From a virus (Duplodnaviria; Caudoviricetes), in the IMG/VR virus record IMGVR_UViG_3300025270_000024, positions 1 to 41,420 of that record: a stretch of DNA of 41,420 bases. One strand, given 5' to 3'. Made by a program: the position numbers and the translations under genes. The notes below the pieces were generated by a model. That model saw only the letters and a program-made list of their open reading frames with translations. It searched no databases and was not told the origin of the DNA. Each line of letters starts with the position of its first letter. Position 1 is the first letter of the stretch. Positions 16,424-23,121 of the stretch are shown piece by piece.

Positions 16424-16773
16424 GCGTTACACCCGCACTTTGCCCACTGGTGAGGCTCTGTAAACGTCTTAACATCGCTACATGTCGGGCAATGCCGAAA
16501 GCTATTCTTGGTATTGTAAATATGTAAGTGATCGTCCTGGCCGAGTCTCGGCTTGTAGCTCGACCCGTAAGCAAAACGTATACGCTTCATCTCGCTACGG
16601 TTGCCGAGTACCGTTTCTACCCATTCCTGATCTTTATCGCTTGTGACAGGTACCGCCACAATAGACTTGCCTGGTGCATCTCCCCAGCCTGACATGAAAC
16701 TGTCAGTTGCTACAACGAATCCTATCGTGTTCTGTACTTCTTCTGCTGTTCTATCGTCTTTTATGATTGCCAT
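16420..16773 (-). CDS. Hypothetical early protein
   Basis: AAGGAG RBS; 'TDSFMSGWG.A'. Confidence 0.6.
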   Translation of the reverse strand: MAIIKDDRTAEEVQNTIGFVVATDSFMSGWGDAPGKSIVAVPVTSDKDQEWVETVLGNRSEMKRIRFAYGSSYKPRLGQDDHLHIYNTKNSFRHCPTCSDVKTFTEPHQWAKCGCNA

Positions 16774-17009
16774 AACTTCTCCTTACGATTTCGTTTCCAT
16801 TGCAACCGATCACCACGATATCCAGCGACAATAACTGCTTCTTCGTAAAGCCGATCAGCGGTAGCTTCTGTATCATCGGAGGAAATACCGTTTGACACTG
16901 ATGCGAGGTTCCAGGCGATATCCATTAGTGCGGCTTTGGATAAACCGTCTAGGTCTGGCTCAATGTCTTTTGGTACGAAGATCGGTCGTTTAGTTCCAAG
17001 TCTCGCCAT
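16761..17009 (-). CDS. Hypothetical early protein
   Basis: AGGAGG RBS before MARLGTK; candidate promoter TTGACG-18-TACCCT at 17028-17057. Confidence 0.55.
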   Translation of the reverse strand: MARLGTKRPIFVPKDIEPDLDGLSKAALMDIAWNLASVSNGISSDDTEATADRLYEEAVIVAGYRGDRLQWKRNRKEKLWQS

Positions 17010-17134
17010 AATTGCCTCCTGAGTAAGAGGGTACACTGAAAGTCCATACTACGTCAATGACACGAGCAGTAGACTTCCATACTTCGATCAGACTTTCCAT
17101 ACAACCATAAGTCTCGAATATTACGAGCGTACAC

Positions 17135-17161
17135 AAAAAAGGGTACCTTGACGGTACCCTT
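17135..17161 (-). terminator. Rho-independent terminator
   Basis: AAGGGTACC-GTCAA-GGTACCCTT followed by a T-run on the - strand. Confidence 0.75.
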
Positions 17162-17184
17162 AAGTGTTTCAACGGTTGAAAGTG

Positions 17185-17682
17185 TTATACAACTGACCAA
17201 CACTCAGTCCATGTATCGCCATCACGTGACCAGAGCGTACAGTTACCGTGGTCGTTGACTGCTAAGTAATGCGTATATTCGGCTGGAACGTGTTCTTCTA
17301 CGCTGTTAGTCTCAATCGTTGACGTAAAGACAAAACCATCAAAACCGCCTTGCCTGGTATCCTCAAATAATTCAGGTTCTGGCCATACGCCAAAATCAGC
17401 GCCATCGCCTTGGTGCATACCTAGATAGCAATAATCGGGAGTGTAGTTATCTGCTATCTCTTTGGTCTCATCAAAGATGTATTCGAGCTTTTCTGAATAC
17501 TCTTCTTCAGATTCTTCCAAGCGTTCTATTTCTTCTGAGAATTCCCTTTTGAGTTTCTTAAGGGTATTCAGATCGTTTGTATCAAGATCAAGCCTGTCCA
17601 TATGCCAGATCAAGTTATTCCCGATATCTTCGGTTTTGAGGGTACCCTCACTAATCGTGCCTAAATCAAATTGTGTCTGCAT
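17185..17682 (-). CDS. Very acidic early protein
   Basis: Start motif; 'G.H.GDGADFGVW', 'VNDHGN'. Confidence 0.65.
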   Translation of the reverse strand: MQTQFDLGTISEGTLKTEDIGNNLIWHMDRLDLDTNDLNTLKKLKREFSEEIERLEESEEEYSEKLEYIFDETKEIADNYTPDYCYLGMHQGDGADFGVWPEPELFEDTRQGGFDGFVFTSTIETNSVEEHVPAEYTHYLAVNDHGNCTLWSRDGDTWTECWSVV

Positions 17683-17715
17683 TGCCAGTTATCTCCTATC
17701 TAAAGTGTATGGTTC

Positions 17716-17748
17716 ACTGTACTTGAATAAGGTATTGATAGTCAATAC
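17716..17748 (-). promoter_or_regulatory. Sigma70-type promoter overlapped by palindrome GTATTGA-TAG-TCAATAC
   Basis: TTGACT-18-TACAGT; inverted repeat at 17732-17748. Confidence 0.55.
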
Positions 17749-17843
17749 TAAAGTATGTCGGAATAGTCGATCAGACTTTTGATCAGACTTTCCAGGCATT
17801 CGAGCCTTCGAGACTGTTACGCTTACGTTACGAGCGTACATAG

Positions 17844-17868
17844 AAAAAGGCACCTGTTACAGTGCCTT
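17844..17868 (-). terminator. Rho-independent terminator
   Basis: AAGGCAC...GTGCCTT followed by a T-run on the - strand. Confidence 0.65.
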
Positions 17869-17884
17869 GTTTCGTTGTTTTGTT

Positions 17885-18184
17885 TTAGCTGAGATCGTCC
17901 ACAACTGACCATAAACCCCAGTCACCAAAAGTATCAGACGTACCCCAGTAGCAGTTGTCTACACCGTAATGCTCATTCATGTAGTCGGTAGATCCGTCCC
18001 AATACTCGCCACTATTAGGACACATAGATAAAGTGTGATCGTCTAGCTGTTGACACTCATGCTTGATGTTGGCCCCGTGATCGTTCGCAATCTCGACGAT
18101 CCGATCAACCATATAGATTCCGTGGACGTTATCCACATAGCAACCAACATCTGTTGGTGTGTATGTTGTGGTTTTGTTTTTCAT
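17885..18184 (-). CDS. Hypothetical early protein
   Basis: Start MKNKTTT after AGGAGTACTGGCG. Confidence 0.6.
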   Translation of the reverse strand: MKNKTTTYTPTDVGCYVDNVHGIYMVDRIVEIANDHGANIKHECQQLDDHTLSMCPNSGEYWDGSTDYMNEHYGVDNCYWGTSDTFGDWGLWSVVDDLS

Positions 18185-18236
18185 CGCCAGTACTCCTATG
18201 TTTAATTGTTTCAACGGTTTGCGTGTTCTAGACTGC

Positions 18237-18605
18237 CTAGTCTCGGATCAGATCAAGCGCATCGTCTATCAATTCTACCGTCAGCCGTTCCAGGTCAGGC
18301 TTACTAAATGCTGACGTTATCGCTTTTTGCGCGGTAGAGTAGTGACAGCTGTATTCTTTGGCTATGTACGACGTAAAACGCATAATAAGAAAAGAGCGTA
18401 GGCGTTTTGGCTTGTTTTCGTTTTCTCGCAGGTACTCGCAGTTTTGCGTGTAGTCGTCTTGATTATCATAACTACCGTCAAGGTAGCATCTAAAGAGCCT
18501 ACGCATGACATGATTAGAATCGTTGATCATATCTGGTACAGTATCGTCTGGCCATCCTGTACTTAATGATTGTAGATCACGGCGTATCTGTTCTTTAATG
18601 GTCAT
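18237..18605 (-). CDS. Hypothetical early protein
   Basis: Start motif AAGGAGATAACTGGTAATG. Confidence 0.6.
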   Translation of the reverse strand: MTIKEQIRRDLQSLSTGWPDDTVPDMINDSNHVMRRLFRCYLDGSYDNQDDYTQNCEYLRENENKPKRLRSFLIMRFTSYIAKEYSCHYSTAQKAITSAFSKPDLERLTVELIDDALDLIRD

Positions 18606-18686
18606 TACCAGTTATCTCCTTATGAATAGTGCCAAGTATGCACTAGCAGGAGCATAGCATCGCGCTATGCTCTAGCCACTACAGAC

Positions 18687-18878
18687 TTATGTGTGCGAAT
18701 ACCCGTCCGATTCTACGCCGACAAACATACCGCACCATTGAATGCCTAGAACGGTATCACCTTGACTAAAACCAAACAGCGTGGCCCTACGTCTAAACTC
18801 TAAATAACTGTTCGATCCGTCGCTGTTTCGGCAGTAGAGCCTATGCAGCGATTCTATCTGCGCTCGTGTTATCTTCAT
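18687..18878 (-). CDS. Small conserved-looking phage protein
   Basis: 'YL.FRR....WCGMFVGVESDGYSHT'; start motif. Confidence 0.65.
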   Translation of the reverse strand: MKITRAQIESLHRLYCRNSDGSNSYLEFRRRATLFGFSQGDTVLGIQWCGMFVGVESDGYSHT

Positions 18879-18908
18879 TACCAGTTTCTCCTTGTGTAGT
18901 CGTGTTGT

Positions 18909-19139
18909 TTACCAGTCAAACGCGGTACAGACAGGGCCACATCCGCATTGCTCACAACTGTGCTTCCGGATATCCGCCATACGTTGAGCTTCTTGGCGCT
19001 TCAATCGCTTAATCGCTTCGTACCGTGGGCTTGTCCTAGCTGGAGCGCCGTTCACCAGTTGCTTACATCGTTCACACGTATCCGGTTCATAGCGACCGAA
19101 AGCCCCATTGTTGCGGCAGTTGTGTCTTACAAACTCCAT
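18909..19139 (-). CDS. Cys/His-rich small protein
   Basis: 'H.C....FG.....C.RC..L..G.PAR...H.C....CGPVCTAFDW'; start motif. Confidence 0.65.
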   Translation of the reverse strand: MEFVRHNCRNNGAFGRYEPDTCERCKQLVNGAPARTSPRYEAIKRLKRQEAQRMADIRKHSCEQCGCGPVCTAFDW

Positions 19140-19296
19140 TGCCAGTTATCTCCTTGTGTAGTGCGTAGCCATTTACGCTCCGACTGATACTGTCATATTA
19201 CAGTACGAAAGCATGACAACGCAATACCTAATATATATAGATACATGCTCATAGGTTAGGGTAATCGACCAAACTACCAATATCAATGTAGCTAGT

Positions 19297-19400
19297 TTTA
19301 GGTCAAATGACCCAGGTTCGTTTAGGTCAAACAACCGAAGTAGGTCATATGCCCGAAAGAATCCAGGTCACATGCCCTAAAGCGTTTAGGTCAAATGCCC
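19297..19400 (+). repeat. Five AGGTCA(N)ATG(C/A)CC direct repeats
   Basis: AGGTCA at 19300, 19324, 19342, 19365 and 19388 (spacing 24/18/23/23). Confidence 0.8.
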
Positions 19401-19536
19401 TAACGTCGAAACGAGCGCGTGCGTGCATAGGGGGGGGGAGGGGGGTTTTTACATTTACTATTACTGTTATATTCCCATTTACAAAATTGAGGACATCGGG
19501 ATGACTGATTGATGATGTGCTACACTGACTTACATC

Positions 19537-19995
19537 ATGCGGAGAGTTAGAATGTCAGTATCGTCCCGTCGTTCTGCGGAGACGGGGAGTCCTGGGTCGA
19601 GGGTGTTGCGGTATCCGGTGTCGTCTGAGGGGTTTGGGGAGTTATTGGATGAGATGCGGATGCGAGCGGGGTTATCGGTCCATGAGATTGCGCGGTTATG
19701 GAATGTGAAGCCGAATGCGTTATATCAGTATTTCCATAAGAAGCGTGGGCGTGGGGGGACGGGGACATTGCGGTGGTTTTTGCGATTTGCGTCGTCGTGT
19801 GGGTGTGAGGTGACGGTGACGTTTCCGAGGACGAGTCGTGGGCAGGAGAAGGTGGTGTTGTCGTATGGAGAGGAAGCTGAACAAGCGGGAAGCGACGGAA
19901 CTGGCGTCGATGATTCTGTCGGGCGCACCCATCGCGGAGGCGGTCAGGTATTTTTGGGACGAGGAGATGCCCGAAGAGGTGTTGATCGGGTGTGA
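19537..19995 (+). CDS. XRE-type HTH protein
   Basis: 'MRMRAGLSVHEIARLWNVKPNALYQY...TL....RFA...GC'; C-terminus overlaps the next ORF. Confidence 0.6.
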   Translation: MRRVRMSVSSRRSAETGSPGSRVLRYPVSSEGFGELLDEMRMRAGLSVHEIARLWNVKPNALYQYFHKKRGRGGTGTLRWFLRFASSCGCEVTVTFPRTSRGQEKVVLSYGEEAEQAGSDGTGVDDSVGRTHRGGGQVFLGRGDARRGVDRV

Positions 19996-20302
19996 GGAAA
20001 CGTGGCCCATGCAACCGGAGGTCTTATCGGCGTTAGAGGAGCAATCTGGTGGGATGCCGTGGCATCGGTTGGGGGACGACCAGCGCATGGATGTCTCGCT
20101 CAGGAAGCATTACAACGAGATGGCGTATTTTTTGTGGACGACGAATTATACGGAGTGTGATGGGGCGGCGAAATTGAAAGCGGATACCTGTCGGCAGTCG
20201 ATTGAGGCGAAAGTGGCGGGCATGGCGGGGAAAGAGTCTCCGTTGGCGTCGTTTTACCATGATTTACTGCAACGGTATGAGCAGCAGGGGAAAGCGAACT
20301 AA
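19865..20302 (+). CDS. Putative terminase small subunit
   Basis: Helical ~145 aa protein upstream of terL; position only. Confidence 0.4.
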   Translation: MERKLNKREATELASMILSGAPIAEAVRYFWDEEMPEEVLIGCEETWPMQPEVLSALEEQSGGMPWHRLGDDQRMDVSLRKHYNEMAYFLWTTNYTECDGAAKLKADTCRQSIEAKVAGMAGKESPLASFYHDLLQRYEQQGKAN

Positions 20303-20359
20303 TGGCGAATGACGAGTGTCAGTGTGCGGCGTGTCGGGCAGCGGAAGTGATTTTACGCG

Positions 20360-20647
20360 GTGGTCGATGACGAGGGGTATCGAAAATTAGCGTTGCATGT
20401 CGTGGCGAGGGCGGTGAAGGATTGCGAACGTCGTGTTTCTGTTGACCAGAAGTATGATTCAACGGGATCATTGACAGATCATACGCTGCACACGGCGCAA
20501 GCGTTTTTATTGGATGCACAGAATGAGCGATTGTCGCTCTGGTGTGCCTGGTTAGGAGTCGATCCGAGGCGTGTCTGTCGAATATACTCAGCAACCTTCG
20601 CTGTGGGGCGAAGACCCCCTCCGTCGAAAAACAAACAGGGCAAATGA
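20360..20647 (+). CDS. Hypothetical protein
   Basis: 'LA..VV.RAVKD...A.AFL......WC..LG.DP'. Confidence 0.55.
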   Translation: MVDDEGYRKLALHVVARAVKDCERRVSVDQKYDSTGSLTDHTLHTAQAFLLDAQNERLSLWCAWLGVDPRRVCRIYSATFAVGRRPPPSKNKQGK

Positions 20648-20658
20648 GATTCTGCTAG

Positions 20659-22239
20659 ATGGCCGATAGAGGGGTACCTCCTGCGCTTCGTGATCGCTTA
20701 ATGACCGAATTTCGGTTGTTTTTGTGCGATAAAATCGACTTTGTGCCGTTCGAGCATCAGGCGGCATGGTGGGCGACCACCGATGGGTATGAGTTAACGG
20801 ACGTGGAGGCTGATCCGCACGGCAAAGAACCGTGTGCGAAGATGCGTCTGCCTGATGGGACGATTACGTATCGCCTGTTGACGCCCCGTGAGCAGGGACG
20901 CGCCAAAGTGGTCGCAGAACTCGGAGCCTACAAGTCAGGCAAATCTGCCGGGGCAGGAATCTGGGCCGCAGCATTCGCGGCGGTCCCCCATGCGACGGTG
21001 TATCTGGTCGGGAACGAATACGATATGACGGCTCCTGAATTTGACTATCTGCTGGAGGCGATTTGCTCTGAACGCGGATTGAACCAGAAATATAAATCCC
21101 TCCAGAACCGTCCGAAGGATGGACGCCTCTGGCTGGAACTCGACAACGGATGCCGGTTCGAGGCACGGTCGTGGGAACGGTCTGAATCACTCAAGGGGAA
21201 GGAAGTGGACGCCTATATCTATTGTGAGGCGTATCAACTCCCTGGCATTGAGTGTTTTACCTCCATCGCACAGAATCTTCGGGTCAGGCAGGGGTATGCG
21301 GTCTTTCCGACCACCCCTGACCGCCCGTGGGTGCAGGTATTTCACGAACACGGGCATGGACACCCCGATTTTCCAGATTGGGTCTGCAAATGCGGGATTC
21401 CCGCGACGGTCAACCCGTATAGTTTCGATCAGGCGGCAATGGACCGTGATCGGCAACTGCTGACGCGGGAAAAGTTCTCGATTGCGTATCTTGGGAAACT
21501 CGGCAATTACGTCGGGCGTGTGTATAACTATCAGCGCGGAGATCGCCTGATTTCGTTGCAGGATCATCCACGCCTCTGGAAACGGCAGGAAGCGGGACTG
21601 ACTCGTGAGAATTTCAGACTGCCGAATGACTGGCACATTGAAATCGGGGCCGATACCGGCACCTACTGTGCAGCGGTCGTCGTGGGCGTGTCTCCAGAGG
21701 GACAGGCGTATATTCTCGACGAATTAACCAATTATCGCTATGTGGCGAACACGACAGAGCTTGATCAGGAGAGTTCCATTGTCAGTTGGTGTCAGAGCCT
21801 TGAAAAAATGGCGGCATTGTGGAAAACGCGCCCGATAGCCTGGGTGGATAGCAATAGTCAGTTCAAACAGGAGTGTTTGCACCACGGTATCCATTTACTG
21901 GCAAATCGGCAGGGACGAGAGGTCAGAACCGAGGCCGCACGGCAATATTTCCAGCATGACCAGATTGCGCTGGCTCCGTGGCTCTCGATTGTGCCGTATG
22001 AGCTTGAATACGCGCAATGGCCTGATAAAACGAGTGCCGCAGGGAAATACGAGCGATTCAAGGTGAATGATCATGCGTTGGATTGCGTAGAGCATGTGTT
22101 ATCTCGTCATCCCCGTGCGAAAGGGTCACTTGGTCCCCCGGCCATGCAGCCACCACCGGGAAGTGTGCAATGGATGGGATCACCGTTGAGAAAAAAGAAA
22201 AAACATCATGCCGCAGATAGTCATTTAGGAGGGTTATAA
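20659..22239 (+). CDS. terL: Terminase large subunit
   Basis: 'PFEHQ' Q-motif, Walker A 'GAYKSGKS', 'LKG..VD', 'TTP', RNase H-like 'IGADTG' and 'NDHALD'. Confidence 0.88.
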   Translation: MADRGVPPALRDRLMTEFRLFLCDKIDFVPFEHQAAWWATTDGYELTDVEADPHGKEPCAKMRLPDGTITYRLLTPREQGRAKVVAELGAYKSGKSAGAGIWAAAFAAVPHATVYLVGNEYDMTAPEFDYLLEAICSERGLNQKYKSLQNRPKDGRLWLELDNGCRFEARSWERSESLKGKEVDAYIYCEAYQLPGIECFTSIAQNLRVRQGYAVFPTTPDRPWVQVFHEHGHGHPDFPDWVCKCGIPATVNPYSFDQAAMDRDRQLLTREKFSIAYLGKLGNYVGRVYNYQRGDRLISLQDHPRLWKRQEAGLTRENFRLPNDWHIEIGADTGTYCAAVVVGVSPEGQAYILDELTNYRYVANTTELDQESSIVSWCQSLEKMAALWKTRPIAWVDSNSQFKQECLHHGIHLLANRQGREVRTEAARQYFQHDQIALAPWLSIVPYELEYAQWPDKTSAAGKYERFKVNDHALDCVEHVLSRHPRAKGSLGPPAMQPPPGSVQWMGSPLRKKKKHHAADSHLGGL

Positions 22240-22241
22240 GC

Positions 22242-22571
22242 GTGACCACTGACGAACGATTAGACATAATAGAAAAGAAACTGTACTTCGTGATGCAAAC
22301 CTTGTCGTTGACACAACAAACGCCTAATGGACAAACTGACTCTCGTTCCTTGACGGCGCTATTCGAGGAGATGCACAATCATGCTGGAACAGATCCGCAG
22401 ACGTTTGCTGATGTGGCTAAACGTGCCTTCGGAAAGTCGGGAACCGGAAGTCAGCCACCACGACCTCAAAGCGCTGATGGACCGGATGGATTCCCTGGAG
22501 AGAATGGTGATGACACAGGTGCAACGGCCAGACGAGGGAACCGGGATAGTTCCATCATCATCGAAGGATGA
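22242..22571 (+). CDS. Hypothetical protein
   Basis: GGAGG RBS, GTG start; overlaps 22381-22611. Confidence 0.4.
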   Translation: MTTDERLDIIEKKLYFVMQTLSLTQQTPNGQTDSRSLTALFEEMHNHAGTDPQTFADVAKRAFGKSGTGSQPPRPQSADGPDGFPGENGDDTGATARRGNRDSSIIIEG

Positions 22572-22611
22572 GTTGTCCGTCTTGCCTGACGCCCATTTAG
22601 GAGCGCAATAA
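22381..22611 (+). CDS. Hypothetical protein
   Basis: GAGGAG RBS; ends 'DAHLGAQ', like the TerL C-terminus. Confidence 0.5.
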   Translation: MLEQIRRRLLMWLNVPSESREPEVSHHDLKALMDRMDSLERMVMTQVQRPDEGTGIVPSSSKDELSVLPDAHLGAQ

Positions 22612-22612
22612 G

Positions 22613-23116
22613 ATGCCTGAAGGATATGGATACGACAAAGAGGGAATCATTCAATTCCTGATTGATAAATTTGCTGGAGCGCCAGATGTTCAGGCTCCTC
22701 CAAGTCAGGTGCAGAATCCGTTGAATCGTTTTGGGGAACTACGTCGTCCTCAACGTGGACTCGGTGGTCCGAGAAATTCTGAAAATCTGCCGAATGACTG
22801 GCACCCAGAGGGGCAACGCAGCACCAGACGACGCACCCGTGGGACGATTGACCACTCGAAGCGATTGCCTGATATTCCCGGTGAGGGGATTCAGGGATTC
22901 TTGAAAATGCTGCAAGCGAATCCCCAAGATCCGATGAACCGTCGTTCCGCTGCAACGTTGGCTGGACTAGATCCGTCTCTACTTAGTGGTTTAGATGGTT
23001 TAGGTGGGGCAGTCGGCGGTCGTCTTACCGAATCTGATATTCGTAGTGCTGAGAGAAAACTCCCACAAAGGCGTGGCCCCGCTCCTGTTGGATATGCAAA
23101 TCCTCGCACTAGATAG
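22613..23116 (+). CDS. Low-complexity hypothetical protein
   Basis: AGGAG RBS; located between terL and portal. Confidence 0.5.
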   Translation: MPEGYGYDKEGIIQFLIDKFAGAPDVQAPPSQVQNPLNRFGELRRPQRGLGGPRNSENLPNDWHPEGQRSTRRRTRGTIDHSKRLPDIPGEGIQGFLKMLQANPQDPMNRRSAATLAGLDPSLLSGLDGLGGAVGGRLTESDIRSAERKLPQRRGPAPVGYANPRTR

Positions 23117-23121
23117 CAATC

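Larger units (their letters stand above)
12699..19155 (-). repeat. Start-associated motif GGAG-N1-3-ACTGG(C/T)(G/A)ATG, 9 dispersed copies
   Basis: At the ATGs of genes starting 12701, 12906, 15788, 16067, 17682, 18184, 18605, 18878 and 19139. Confidence 0.9.

Noticed and set aside
19297-19400. CRISPR-like mini-array
   Set aside because: Repeats are only 6-14 nt and degenerate with an 18-24 nt period; no cas genes (the Cas4-like nuclease belongs to the ERF recombination module).
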